Of a stretch of 64,000 bases of DNA, positions 39,760-53,110 are shown in pieces. The stretch comes from Anthoceros angustus. Lineage: Eukaryota; Plantae; Anthocerotophyta. Positions within the stretch are counted from its first letter, which is position 1, and every line of letters starts with the position of its first letter. The notes under the pieces were generated by a model, which saw nothing but the letters and a program-made list of their open reading frames with translations, did no database searches and was not told where the DNA came from. Made by a program: the position numbers and the translations under genes. Where the stretch lies: contig MU008158.1 in the NCBI GenBank assembly GCA_010909165.1, positions 1-64,000 on the forward strand, read 5' to 3'.

Positions 39760-41250
39760 GCCTCCCCCCTTATCCTACTGCCTACCTGGAGCTTCCTCCT
39801 CCAATAAAATAGCCCTGGCTCTCTTAGCCACTGGCTCACCCTCAGCTGCTCCTCTTCCTCTCACTTGTGGAGCAAGTGAGCTTGCCCTCGACTATGTTAG
39901 GAGGTTGGTCTTCCTTGTGATTTTCGGCCCACTCCCGCAAGATCGACTCACCCCTTCCTTTCCGCCTGTGCCCGAGGTACTCGCCTCCTCACCGTCACAT
40001 CCACGCTGTTCTTGAATTCACGCCTTCCTACCACGGTAGGAGCTCCTCCTACCTCGGTAGGATTTTCAACCGGGGCGTCTCTTCTTCACCACCTTTCCCT
40101 GAGGTGGTTCCTTCCTCCTGTGAAGCCCCTCCAGCTCCACTCGCTCCTCCCTGTTGCGAAGTTCCTTCACCCATATTGCTTGTGGCATTCTCCAAGTCTA
40201 AGGCCTGGTCAATAAAGGGCCTCCCTATCATCATCATCATGAGGTCCCAACATCCTTCTCTCAGCAAGCTGCTAAACAATTGCTAGGCTGCCTTGAGTAC
40301 CTTGTTGTGAAGATGGTCGCAATCTGTTGTGCCATCTCCGCCTTCATAATCTTCAAGCCACAATCCATGCTCACACTTACTCTTGTAAGCATCTCACTCC
40401 AGGGTCAACTCACCTATCCTGACATGAAGAGCCACATTCTCCACTCTTTCCGTCTGCAGTTGGTGGATCAACTTCTCCTGTAGGGCATAGTTAGCCCGAA
40501 ATCTCTGCTCCCTCACCACCAACATATGCTGCAACATAATCTTGTCCTAAATGTAGACAGAAGAGTATTTCTATGCAATTTAGACATATAGATACTTACA
40601 GGTTTTACTAATCACGATCTAAGCAAGTGGGGAGTGTTAACCTGGATTAAGGGTTTTTGACCTAGCCACTAACCGCCTGGAGTGCATGCCTGGTGTGGAA
40701 CGCAAAAGTTTGGGCAACTGGTCCAAGGTAGTTTTTTTGGAACAGGTTCAAATTCTTTTGGTTAGAAATGGTTTGGTGGAACCATGCTAGAACTTTTTTG
40801 TTCCTTTTAGAGGTAGAGTTGTAGGACCCTCGCTGAAGGCAGAGGATATGCAAGGAAAGAAATGTGTCAAAACAACTCTGGCTCCATCTTGGCCGGGCCT
40901 CCCAACTCCCCAGCAGCTCCGCGCACTGCCCTACCCGGTAGTCCCGGCGTGGTGTGGCTCCCCACGGTAGCAGCGGACTGGTGGTGGTGGTCACCATGGT
41001 AGGTGACCCCGAGGGTGGGCTTTCCCCCTCCTTGCTCTCTGCGCCACCTTCCACCTTTGGCGCGGCTCCTCACCTCCGACTCCTCAGTTCCTCGGAGTCC
41101 ATTTTGATGGCCTCATCAAAATCGGAGGCCTCAGGCTGCACTTGCAGCTCCTTTATCATCATCATGAGGACCCAATGTCCTCCTCTTGGCCAACGTAAGA
41201 CTTCATTGTTGGCCTTCAAAGATCTATTGTGGAGGTGAGCCCCAAGCTAT
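39760..41250 (-). repeat. Two related decayed repeat fragments (coiled-coil and low-complexity coding remnants)
   Basis: 40020-40330 resembles 40930-41230 (shared ATCATCATCATGAGG.CCCAA context). Family not identified. Confidence 0.35.
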
Positions 41251-41609
41251 GANTTTACCGTTATGAGTCTCAAGCTTTGAGTGGATTGGGGAGTTCGGAG
41301 GTAGTCGGTGTTTAGGTTCGTGTGTAGGTGTTCTTATTCAACATTGTCCACTTGTGCCTGGAGGTCAGTATTCCTCACATGTGAAGGTCTCTTTGGAGGG
41401 CTTTGTCCTATTTTGGTGTATATTTTCAACAAAACCAATTGTTTTGAAAAACCCATAAATATTCATGTAAATTTAATCAGAAAAATGACTTATCTATAAA
41501 AATAGAAGATAGTTATATGATAATTATTAAATAAATAACTAAAATAATCAAATTAATTCAAATGATTATTTAATACTTTCTTCTCAATATACCTTAAGTA
41601 CCGTTGTCT

Positions 41610-42000
41610 CCTCACAAAGAAGAATCTTCGTGAAAGGCAGACTCGACTGCTTTTACATATCCTGACGACGAAGTGAACAGACATTTTGGTACCAAAGACA
41701 ATGTAAGCAGAGTGGCATCATTAGGAATAATAAGCAAGAATAGTTGTCGGCAAAATCAACAAAGCATTGAAATCCCAGAGTCCATGATCCTCCTTGTACT
41801 GCAACCATATGCTATCGTGAGGAGCGGAATGCAAAGAAGGACAAGGCTTATCATGTGTTTAACGGCTCTCCTTGGGGCAGCTGCACATGCAAGATTTCAT
41901 CTACAGGGTTTCTTTGTAAGCATCAAGTGAAGGTCATGATGCTCTTGCAGGAAGTAGTGCCCACAGAAACCCTTGTGGGTATATATGCATCAGTGGCTAC
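41610..42000 (+). pseudogene. SWIM zinc-finger remnant of a Mutator-like transposase
   Basis: CTCKISSTGFLCKH fits the CxC...CxH SWIM pattern. Stops and frameshifts surround it; no TIRs identified. Confidence 0.6.
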
Positions 42001-43749
42001 TTCACAAGAATCGTATAGACAAGCACCTCTATTTTCTGCCGGGAGGCTGAACTTTGTGGTAGTGTTCAAACGAGCTGACAATTGTGCATCGTCCTTTGTC
42101 ACAAGCTGGGTGCTGGAACAAATGGGATTACGAGAGCTCCTGTCCCCGCCAAATGAACTTAGCAACTGTTTGGGAAAACATATCAAGTTTAGTGCAGAGG
42201 AAACCTGGCATTGAGGCCCATGCAGCTTGCACAGGGTGTGTTCCAGCAGTTAGAGGGTGGCTGCAGAAGCTGAGGAGAATAGTCTAATGCAGATTCCATA
42301 CCTCTTGCCAATAGGCGAAGCGTCCGACAATAGCTTGAAGAGGAAGAAACCGTTTTGGGAAAACAGTCTATCATGGAAACTGCCTCCGAAGGCAAAGCGC
42401 CCTACATTTGCTGAACAAGCTGCAGGAAGGCTGCCATCAGTGAATCGATTATGTAGAAATGCCGATCCTTGCCGATTGTGCAAAGGCTGGCCACGTTTCT
42501 CTTTGCTCACTCACCTGCAAACGCGATTGTCGCAATCCATCTTACAACCAGAACTCCGTTGTTTGGGGTCCAAAACACAATACAGACATATCATTCTGTA
42601 ACCCCTGCATAGACCTTCCATTCAAGATATTGGGCACAGAAATCCGTGAACTGTGCATGCAAAATCAGCAAAACCTCCTGCTGCATTCTCGTTCTTGTGC
42701 ATCCGTTTTCAATGATACCGCAAGCATTTGGATGCCAAACCAAAGTACAGACATATCATTCTAGCCCGTGCAGAGGGCTTCGATTCGAGATATTGGCCAG
42801 GGCATTCTGCAAATAGTGCATGAAGCGATCTGGAAGAAACGTTCTGCTGCAATCTTGTTGTTATGCATCCGTTTTCCACCCATTCTTGGGGAGTTTGATG
42901 CCCGTTTTGGCGAGACAAACCCTGAAAGATTCGCTTTCAAGTGAGCTGTGAAACTAGACACCAAACATCAGCCAAGAATTTGACGGGAGCAAGCTTTCTC
43001 CCCAAAGGGTTAAGGCTGCGTGAATGCGGAAAGGCTGCGTGAATGCACAACCATACACTACCATTGTGCAGGCGCTGCAAACTGGATCACACTGCCATTG
43101 TGCACGAAACCTCCTTTCTGTCTCAATCCGGCCCCTTGAGTCCGTCACTGGAGGCGGCAAGCGGCACCCAAGCACTGAAATGGATAGTAAGTAAGGGTCT
43201 TTGATGTCTCAAACAAAACTAATCCCCTCGCATAAGTGTACCTGGCACAACATGGAGACTATGTGGGGAGCGGGTCCAAACGGGCGCGGCAATACCGTTG
43301 TCCAACGTAATGTGCAGCGGGATGGTGTGTGGACATGCTAGGTGCGAGTGGGCATGGCCCCATGACATATGGGATGCCGAAGGCAAAACCATTTGCGCCC
43401 GTGTTATGTGCCTCATTGCCTGTGTACCAATAGCTCGCGTGATGCCAGAGCCAAGATGGTATTATGGTGGCGGTTTCTTTTGATGATCTCCTTTCTTAGT
43501 TTGGAGCTCCTTAACGGAGCGGCAGCGTGTACGAGAGGGAGAGTCGAAACAATAGCAGCGAGACCACGTTGGTTACGGCCACCAATATGGTGTCGGCTAG
43601 ACCCTGATAGTTAATATGGGTAGTTAGCTAGGCTAGCGAAAGGACACACCCTTACGAGACCACCTATAAAACCCACTGTAAGACACACTTGATTCATTGT
43701 TAATATAGCATGTTTGCTTAAGACGCCCGCATGCAAATCCCCAACTATA

Positions 43750-46440
43750 GTGCCGGAGCCCCTAAAGCGAAGGCGGAAAGGGTGGAAGCGCTGGTGGCGC
43801 GTTGAAGCCCGGACGCAGAGGTCCTCCAACGCTAATGATGCTGCTGGACCTATTGGATCGACGGGTGAGGGCAGCGGGCGAAGATCGCCCACCTGGAACA
43901 TGCTCACCAAGATGGACCACCTAGAGATAACCTCACATCTTCCTTCTCCCTCCTGAGGGGCAAGATGGCGATTGGGCTTAATTATTCGCCTCGGATAGCT
44001 CAGAGGCGCGAAAGTCGGCAATGAGAGGCCTCCCGGGCCGCCGTCCCCTTTCATCGCATGTAATGTGACAGGGAACACCTCAATCTCCTGAACGAGGGAG
44101 AGGAGGAACGAGCCTCCATAATGGCTACCTCACCCTGGACGGGAGCGAGGGAGGGGAAGGCATGTGACTGTGACACCGATCAAGGCGCGAGGTGCCCAGG
44201 AGGAAGAGGACTGGGAGGGCATCCCAGTTGCCATTCGTCTGGAACGGACCCCCTCCCCACCAAGGGAAGTATGGGAGGAAATTCCTGCTTCCCCAACGAG
44301 CAAGATTCCTGCTGGCCGCGATTTACTGGAATGGAGTGCCGCAGCGCCATAGCACGAGGTTCCGCTACCACGCGCGCCGAGCCCCGACGACTAGGACGGA
44401 GGCGCTGAAGAGAAATAGCGCTCTAACTCCACCGCCTTGACTGGATCCGCACGGTAAGGCCGCCCCAGCTCAACTCGGCAGGTGGTCTCTGAAGGGGAAG
44501 GGCCCGCCATGGATCATCCGATTGGGCGCGCTGCAACCGCTGTGACTGTGGATTGGGCTACCAGCATGGGAATCATGGCATTTCCCACCAACGACGACGA
44601 TAGGTCAAGGGGAATGGCAGGGCTGGAAGGTTAGGCAATAATCGAAATGGACATCACCATAATAGGAGTGCACAAAGATGCTGGCCAGCGTAGTATAGAG
44701 GGCGAGGCTTCTAGTAAAGCATCTTTTCGAGTGCATACCGAAGTTCTTTGTAGACCCTTGTCTTTTCGAAAGCCCGAAAGTGCAATTACGAGGGCCTTTT
44801 ATGCATCAAGTTGACGCCGGGCGAGGGGAAGAAGAGAACTATTGATCCTCCGCCTACAACAAAAGAAGAAGAAGAATGGGGCCCAAGAAGGCGGGCGGAA
44901 GTTCAGGAACCCGGCACTCGTAGAGCGAATATCCACCAAACGCTACCCGGATTGACCTCCCCGTTGGCGGAGGCGGAGGAGCTGGTGGAGGATCGCACTG
45001 ACATCTTCCAGTTGTCTCGACTTTTGACATCATGTTTTGGTCCGGGAATACGCCCAAAGATGCCGGGTAAAGGGCTAAACAAGGAGGTCCGCCTCCAAGA
45101 ATCTAAGGGGGACCCCGAGATGGATCAGAGGTCCCCCGGGGCTTACAACTGAGGAAGTTGTAAGCTATCCCGGAGCCCTTAAGGTAAAGGGGAAGGTGGA
45201 AGTGGCAAGGGCGGGCGCTTTGAGGTGGGACGCAGCCGTCCTCAAACGGGTGGTCAAGTGCTCTGACTCACGGTGCAGCGGGTGAGGGCGGTGCTAAGAT
45301 CATCGCCCACCGGAATATGCTCACCAAGGTGGACCACCTTGGTGACAACTGCCGTTGTATTCCTCCACGCCCCTATAGAGAGGGAAGAGGGCCGATCGGG
45401 AAGAATCATCTCGCAAGGATCAACCAGAGGCCGTGAAGCCGTGGAGCGGTAGCCGCCCCCTATCGGGCGTTATCGCCGCTCATCATCCATGTGTGGGCAA
45501 CTTAATCTCCAAGGAGGGAGAGGAAAAGCGGGCGATCCGGAGGGTCCGGGCTCCGCCTCGAGCCGGAGCCCGAGAGGAGAGCGCCGAGTGAGGGCTGCCT
45601 TCCAAGGCCAAAGTAGTCCCGAAGAGGAGGATTGGGAGGGGATTCCGGACTCCATACGTCTGGAACGGACCCCCTCGCCACCCCGGGAAGTGTGGGAAGA
45701 AATTCCCGCTTCTCTCCTTTTAGTCCCTCCACCAAGCACCCCGCACGGGAGGAGTTGCAACAGGAGGGAGTTGGTGGTCGCGCACCAAATGAGCCAAAGA
45801 ACCCACAATGGCTACCCTGGCCCCGAACCCCGCCGGACTAGGCGGGAGGCAAAGAGGAGGAAGATAGCTCCACCAATGCAAAGACTCAGAATCTGCCCCC
45901 CGCCCTGCCGACGGAGTGGCAGGAAGCAAGAGGAGGCCGAAGGAGGGCTGAGAGGGATGGCCCAGTATGGAGGACAGTGAACCCCACTCCCGAGCCTGCC
46001 TCACTACCAACCAAGGGGTAATAGAGCCGCCTCCCTGACCCCTCACCACCTCCGGCCCAAGAGAAGGCGGAGAGGAGCTGATGCCAAGACGGCCAAGGCC
46101 GCCACGTAGCTCACCATGGTCTCGAAGGGGAAGGGCCCGCCCGCGGATCATCCGATTGGGCGCTACCGCAACCGCTGAGACTCGTGATTAGCTACCAGCG
46201 GAATTACAATTTCACCTCACGCCGACGAGATAGGTCAAGCTAAGGGGAATGGCAGGGCGGGTTAGGCAATAATCGAAATGCCGACACCATAATAGGAGTG
46301 CATTAAAGATGCCGCCTTTGGGCGTAGTATAGAGGGCGTAGGCTTCTAGTAAAGCATCTTTCTTTTGAGTGCATACCGAGTTCTTTGTAGACCCTTGTCT
46401 TTCGAAGCCCGAAAGTGCAATTACGTAGGGCTCTTTGGCG
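43750..46440 (+). repeat. Tandem ~1635-bp units of accessory-ORF N-terminus plus partial gypsy LTR
   Basis: GGATCATCCGATTGGGCGC at 44511 and 46145; GGGGAAGAAGAGAACTATTGATCCTCC at 44825 and 46460. Confidence 0.8.
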
Positions 46441-49400
46441 GGTTACTGGACGCTGCTGAGGGGAAGAAGAGAACTATTGATCCTCCACGCCACAACAAGA
46501 ACCGGAAAGGCGCTACAAAAGAATGGGGCCCAAGAAGGCGTGAAGTTCAGGAACCTCGCACTCGGTAGAGCGAACATCGTCCACCAAACGCTACCCGGAT
46601 TGACCGTTGGCGGAGGCGGAGGAGCTGGTGGAGGATCGCACTGACATCTTCCAGTTGTCTCGGACTTTTGACATCGTTGTTTTGGTCCGAATACCAAAGA
46701 TGCCGGCAAGGGCAACAAGGAGGTCCGCCTAAGAATCTAAAATCCCCAGAGATGGACCCAGAGGTCCCGAGGGGCTTACAACCGCCCAAATGGAGGAAGA
46801 AGCGTGGTCCGGAGCCCTTAAGGTAAAGGGGAAGGTGGAAGTGGCAAGGGCGGGCGCTTTGAGGTGGGACGCAGCTGTCCTCAAACGGGTGGTCAAGGCT
46901 CTGACCACGGACAAAGCGGTGAGGGCGGTGGCGAAGATCATCGCCCACCGGAATATGCTCACCAAGGTTGTGACCACCTTGGTGACAACTGCCGTATTCC
47001 TCCACGCCCCTATAGAGAGGGAAGAGGGCCGATCGGGAAGAATCATCTCGCAAGGATCAACCAGAGGCCGTGAAGCTGGAGTGTAGAAGCCGCCCATCGG
47101 GCGTTATCGCCGCTCATCATCCATGTGTGGGGGCAACTTAATCTCCTCAAGGAGGGAGAGGAAAGCGCGATCCGGAAGGGTCCGGGTGGCCCGAGCCGGA
47201 GCTGCAGAAGTCACTCATCGGGCGTTATCGGCTGCTCATCATCCATGTGTGGGCAACTAATCTCCAAGGAGGGAGAGGAAAAGCGGGCGATCCCAGGGTC
47301 TCCGGGCCGGAGCCCGAGAGGAGAGCGCCGAGTGAGGGCTGCCTTCCAAGGCCAAAGTAGTCCCGAAGAGGAGGATTGGGAGGGGATTCCTGACCCATAC
47401 GTCCCGGAACGGACTCCCTCGCCACCCCGGAAGTGTGGGAAGAAATTCCCGCTTCCTCCTTTTAGTCCCTCCACCAAGCACCCCGCCGGGAGGAGTTGCA
47501 ACAGGAGGGAGTTGGTGGTCGCGGCACCGAGCCAAGAACCCACAATGGCCCCATACGAACCCGCCGGACTAGGCGGGAGGTAAAGAGGAGGAAGATAGCT
47601 CCACCAATGCAAAGACTCGTAATGGTGTTTGGCCCCCGCCTTGCCGACGGGAGTGGCAGGAAGTAGAGGAGGCCGTAAGGAGGGCGGAGAGGGATGCGCC
47701 CAGTATGGAGGATGGCGGCAAGAACCCCACTCCCGAGCCTGCCTCGTCACCAACCAAGGCAGGTCAGCCGCCTGACTCCCTCACCACCTCCGAGCCCCAA
47801 GAGAAGGCGGCGGAGAAGGAGCCAAGAACCCACAATGGCTCCCAGCCACGAATCCCCGCCGGACTAGGCGGGAGGTAAAGAGGAGGAAGATAGCTCCACC
47901 AATGCAAAGACTCAGAACTGCACGGCCCCCGCCTTGCCGACGGAGGCAGGAAGTGAGGAGGCCGAAGGAGGGCTGAGAGGGATGCGCCTGTATGGAGGAC
48001 AAGCAGAACCCCACTCCCGAGCCTGCCTCGTCACCAACCAGAAGGGGTAATAGAGCCAGCTCCCGGACCCCCTCACCACCTCCGAGCCCCAAGAGAAGGC
48101 GGGCGGAGAAGGAGCTAGCGGCCAAGACGGCCAAGGTGGAAGCCCGACTGTAACACTCAAGACCTGAGGGTCCTGATTGGGTCCGGAGTCCCTAGTCCGG
48201 CCTCACTCCGGACTGCGGTGTGGCGGTCCTTAACGGACCGGGCGGTATCCGAGGCCGCGGCGGACTTCACGGGAGTTTCCCCGGGCGGGCCGTAGAAGAG
48301 ACCGTGAGGGTGCTCGCAGTCATGGACGGAGTGCCTCGGGTCTCGCGAACGGGAGAGAAGACCTGTGGAGGTAGAGGCCACCAAGACGATGATGGAGCCC
48401 AGGGAAGGCCGCCCAAGCGCCAAGAGGAAGGCGGAAACCTCGCGAGAATCGAGGAGGAGAAGCGCAGAGCGGGCGGAGTCGGAGGCGCAGGTCCGCTCAA
48501 CAAGATCGGGTTGTGGTCCTCACCGTGGTGAACAAATGGGCATGAGGCCCAAGCAAAGGCGAGGACCTGTGCACGGAGGGAAGTGGCCCAAGAGGAGGCA
48601 GGAAGTGCAGGAGGCCCCAGGCAGGCGGTGAAAGGGGCCAAGGGACCGCCGAGGCTCGGCAGAGCAACACCAAGCCCGGGAGGCTCAGGTGAAAGGGGCG
48701 CGGAGGCCGAGGCCGCGCAAAAGCTGAGACCACTATCGGGCGGGACCGAACCGGTGGAGGGAGACGCGGAGTAGCCGCGCACAACCTCAAGGCCGAGCAA
48801 AGGCGGTGGAGCAAACACTGCAAACCGTGGAAGAAGAGAGGAGGCCAGCACTGGAGATGGAGGATCTCCGGCACATACCGCAAGGGACGGAGGAGCTGGC
48901 GCCAGAGCTGGAGGACAAAGTGGCAAAGAACCCCACTCCCGAGCCTGCCTCGTCACCAACCAAGGGGTAATAGAGCCGCCTCCCTGACTCCCTCACCACC
49001 TCCGAGCCCCAAGAGAAGGCGGCGGAGAAGGAGCCAGCGCCAAGACGGCCAAGGAGGTGGAAGCCCGACTGTAACACTCAAGACCCGAGGGTCCCGACTG
49101 TCCCGAGTCCCTAGTCCGCCTCACTCCCCGGATCAAGGCGGTGGCGTGTCCTTAACGGACTGGCGGTATCCGAGGCCGCGCGGACTTCACGGAGTTTCCC
49201 CGGCCGTCAGAAGAGACCGTGAGGGTGCTCGTGAGCATGCGGACGGAGTGCTCAGGGTCTCGGAACGCGCAGAGAAGACCTGTGGAGGTAGAGGCCACCG
49301 TAAGACGATGATGGAGCCTGTGGTTAAAGGGGAAGGCCGCCCAAGCGCCAAGAGGAAGGCGGAAACCCCGAGAATCGAGGAGGAGAAGCGCAGAGCGGGC

Positions 49401-52100
49401 GGAGTCGGAGGCGCAGGTCCGCCAACAAGATCGGGTCAGTGGTCCTCACCGTGCAGGAACAAAGTGCATGAGGCCCAAGCAAAGGCGTGAGGACCTGTGC
49501 ACGGAGGGAAGTGGCCCAAGAGGGAGGCAGGAGGCCCCAGGCAGCGGGAAAGGGGCCAAGGTGACCGCCGAGGCGGCTCGGCAGAGCAACACCAAGCCCG
49601 GGAGGCTCAGTGAAAGGGGCGCGGAGGCCGAGGCCGCGCAAAAGACAGTGAGACCACTATCGGGCGGGACCGAACCGGTGGAGGGAGATTTATGGAGTAG
49701 CCGCGCAACCAAGGCCGAGCAAAGGCGGTGGAGCAAACACTGCAAACCGTGGAAGAAGAGAGGAGGCCAGCACTGGAGATGGAGGATCTCCGGCACACCG
49801 CAAGTGACCTGAGGAGCTGGCGCCAGAGCTGGAGTCGGAGGCGCAGGTCCGCCAACAAGATCGGGTTGGTCCTTCACCGTGTGAATACCGGGCAAGTGCA
49901 TGAGGCCCAAGGCGGAGGACCTTGCACGGAGGGAAGTGGCCCAAGAGGAGGCAGGAGGCCCCAGGCAAAGTGGGAGGCCAAGGACCGCCGAGGCGGTTCG
50001 CAGAGCAACACCAAGCCCGGGAGGCTCAGTGAAAGGGGCGCGGAGGCCGAGGCCGCGCAAAATGCATGCAGACCACTATCGGGCGGGACCGAACCGTGGA
50101 GGGAGACGGTGGAGTAGCCATGCCAACCTCAAGGCCGAGCAAAGGCGGTGGAGCAAACACTGCAAACCGTGGAAGAAGAGAGGAGGCCAGCACTGGAGAT
50201 GGAGGATCTCCGGCACACCGCAAGTGACCTGAGGAGCTGGCGCCAGAGCTGGAGTCGGAGGCGCAGGTCCGCCAACAAGATCGGGTTGGTCCTTCACCGT
50301 GTGAATACCGGGCAAGTGCATGAGGCCCAAGGCGGAGGACCTTGCACGGAGGGAAGTGGCCCAAGAGGAGGCAGGAGGCCGAGGCAAAGTGGGAGGGCCA
50401 AGGACCGCCGAGGCGGTTCGCAGAGCAACACCAAGCCCGGGAGGCTCAGTGAAAGGGGCGCGGAGGCCGAGGCCGCGCAAAATGCATGCAGACCACTATC
50501 GGGCGGGACCGAACCTGTGGAGGGGAGACGGTGGAGTAGCCATGCCAACCTCAAGGCCGAGCAAAGGCGGTGGAGCAAACACGGGCAAACCGTGAAGAAG
50601 AGAGGGAGGCCAGCACTCGGGAGATGGAGGATCTCCGGGCACAGCTGCAAGGGACGGAGGAGCGGCGCCAGGAGCTGGAGGATCCCAAGGAAACCCTGGA
50701 GCTATAGCTCCAAGAAACGGTGGAACGAAATGGAATTCTCCAAGGGAGAATCATGGACCACGAGCGCGAGATAGAGCGACTCCAGCTCTGTTGGAGGGCG
50801 GAGGAGACTCGACGGCGAAGTAAGGAGCAGGACATTGCCGAACTAGAGAAGGACTTGGAGGAAGCCAGGGGCCGGGCGGAGCTGCCGGACCGCCTAGAAA
50901 GAGAGATGGTGGCCCTTCAGGCAAGGATGGATGTTGGAGAGAGGGCTCTGAGAGAGGAGCGTAAGCCGTCCCGCTGCGGAAAGCGTATGGGGAACGCGCC
51001 ATGGCTGAAGTTATCGAACTACAATGACGGCTGGGAGTGAGGAGCACGTGAGCAGCAGAGAGGCGCAGGAAGTTTGAGGCGCCTTGGCGGCCTTGAGAGA
51101 CTTCGCCAGACTCGAATTGGCAGGCCTTGCGGCGGAGACGGCCCAGCAGGCCAACCAGCACGCCCAACTACCGGAGCACCTTTGGAGGAGGGAGTACCGG
51201 GTGCTCCGGCTCATGTGGAGGTGGCAATTCAACAAGTTGATTCAGACTTTGCCTACTACCACTCAGAGCTCCTCAAGGCTCTGGAGGTCCTGTCTCACCT
51301 CCGGGAGATTGAAGGACCACCGGAAGGATCAGAGGGGGGAGGGGGGCGAGATGAAGGCCCCAGGGATAGTGCTGCCACCGGGACCCTGGGAGCGCTGTTC
51401 GGAGATGAGAGCAGCAGCGGAGAGGGTGAGCATCAGGAGGAGTGGGATACGGCGGACACCACTGGACATGAGGTTAGTCCGTTGCACCCCACCAGGGAAG
51501 AAAGGGAGGAGGGCCCCAAGGGGGTCGAGAGAAGCCCGGAGACCAAAGGTGGGGTCCGGGTGGGCGAGGACGGACCCCCGGGGAGTTCTCTGGGTGAGGG
51601 AGTTCAGGGACCCGCAAGTCCGGACCCTGAGGTACGGACTCCGGAGACGAGACCGGACCCCGAGGTCCGGACTCCGGAGACGAGATCGGACCCCGAGGTC
51701 CGGACTCCGGAGACGAGACCGCACCCCGAGGTCCGGACTGGAGACGAGACGATTCGACCTCGAGGTCCGGCCTCCGAGACGAGACCGACCTCGAGGTCCG
51801 GCTCTCTCGGAGACGAGACTCTCGAGGTCCGGCTCGGAGACGACCGGACTCCGAGGTCCGGCTCGAGACGAGACCGACCGAGGTCCGGCCTCCTGAGACG
51901 AGATCTGACCTGAGGTCCGGCCTCCTGAGACGAGACCGACTCGAGGTCCGGCTCTCCGGGAGAGACTGACTCCGAGGTCCGGCTCGAGACGAGACCGGAC
52001 TGAGGTCCGGCTCGAGAGACCGACCGAGGTCCGGCCTCCGAGACGAGACGACCCCGAGGTCCGGACCGGACGCAAGGCCGACCCCGAGGACCTGACTCAG
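46440..52100 (+). mobile_element. Gypsy accessory-ORF region with internal tandem expansions
   Basis: Homologous to 22000-25200. Repeat periods are ~920 bp (48136 vs 49058) and 420 bp (49741-49860 identical to 50161-50280). Confidence 0.8.
51620..52090 (+). repeat. 33-bp minisatellite CCGGACCCCGAGGTCCGGACTCCGGAGACGAGA with degenerate 25-30 bp derivatives
   Basis: Three nearly perfect units followed by about 12 decayed units. It translates as PDPEVRTPETR repeats. Confidence 0.9.
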
Positions 52101-52110
52101 AGGAGGGGGA

Positions 52111-53110
52111 TCACCACCAACCGCTTAGGGCGAGCAACCTCCGGGTGGACCCGCAGAGTGTGACGCACTGCTGAGTTAAGAGGGGAGAGGAGCAGATTTG
52201 GTGGTCACCGCGTTGTCGCCGCCGCCGATAGCTCACCGACAGGTCTCGGAAGGGAAGGGCCCCACCTCGCGGATCATCCGATTGCGGGCCTGCAACTTCG
52301 TGACTGTGGATTGGGCCACCAGCTGGGCGGAATCATGGGCACTCCCCACCGCCGGGCGACGAGAGTTAGCCGGGCTAAGGGAATAGTGGGCGGAAGGCTA
52401 GGGCAGCACACCGAGTTGACATCACCTGCATTAGGAGTGTAATAAAGACGCCGCCTTTGGGCGTAGTATAAGAGGGCAGAGGCTGCTCTAGTAAAGCATC
52501 TTTCTTTTGGGGTGGATAGCGAGTTCTCTTGTAGACCCTTGTGTGTCCTTGCTAACGCGAGTCCTGAAAACAATTAAGCGTGCAAGATGACCGGAGAGAT
52601 TGATCAAGGTCTTGGTGACGGACCAACGTGATGGTGTGTGTGCAGGGCGAACGACTGCACCCTTGCTCTTCCGGAAAGGTGTGGCCGACGCCGGACGGAC
52701 CGAACGCTGAGACCGCTGGAACTCCGGGAGGCGTAGAGCCCGGACGAGAAGCCCGGTGGAATGACGAGGTCCGGACGCAACCCACCCACTCTTCCCCAAC
52801 TGGTGATGAGCGTAGTGAGAGTGGTAAGGAAGACGGACTAGATGAAACGTAGGACGGACTGGTAGGATACGGACGTGAACGAGTCCTTAAACGTTTGGCC
52901 ACGCCGGGCCTGTTCGGTGGATGCTTAAGAGTAGGTAATAGTAAACCGTGAGAGCGTTGAGATCGTGGGTAGAAACGGCCACGACGACGAGGCGAGAATC
53001 AGGTTGAGACGTGCAAAACGGAACCAATCATTCCCTTGGGAACGGACCACTTACTACAACGACATGGGACCGTGCGCGCCCAGCTGACCGTCAGCGAAAG
53101 TCGCACCACA
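52111..53110 (+). repeat. Gypsy 3' LTR (~1 kb)
   Basis: Purine tract AGAGGAGGGGGA at 52099-52110. Colinear with 25209-26168. Ends AAAGTCGCACCACA like the copy ending at 11612. Confidence 0.8.

Noticed and set aside
51620-52090. Regular ~33-bp repeats as a CRISPR array
   Set aside because: Units are contiguous with no unique spacers, there are no cas genes, and the context is a eukaryotic retrotransposon.
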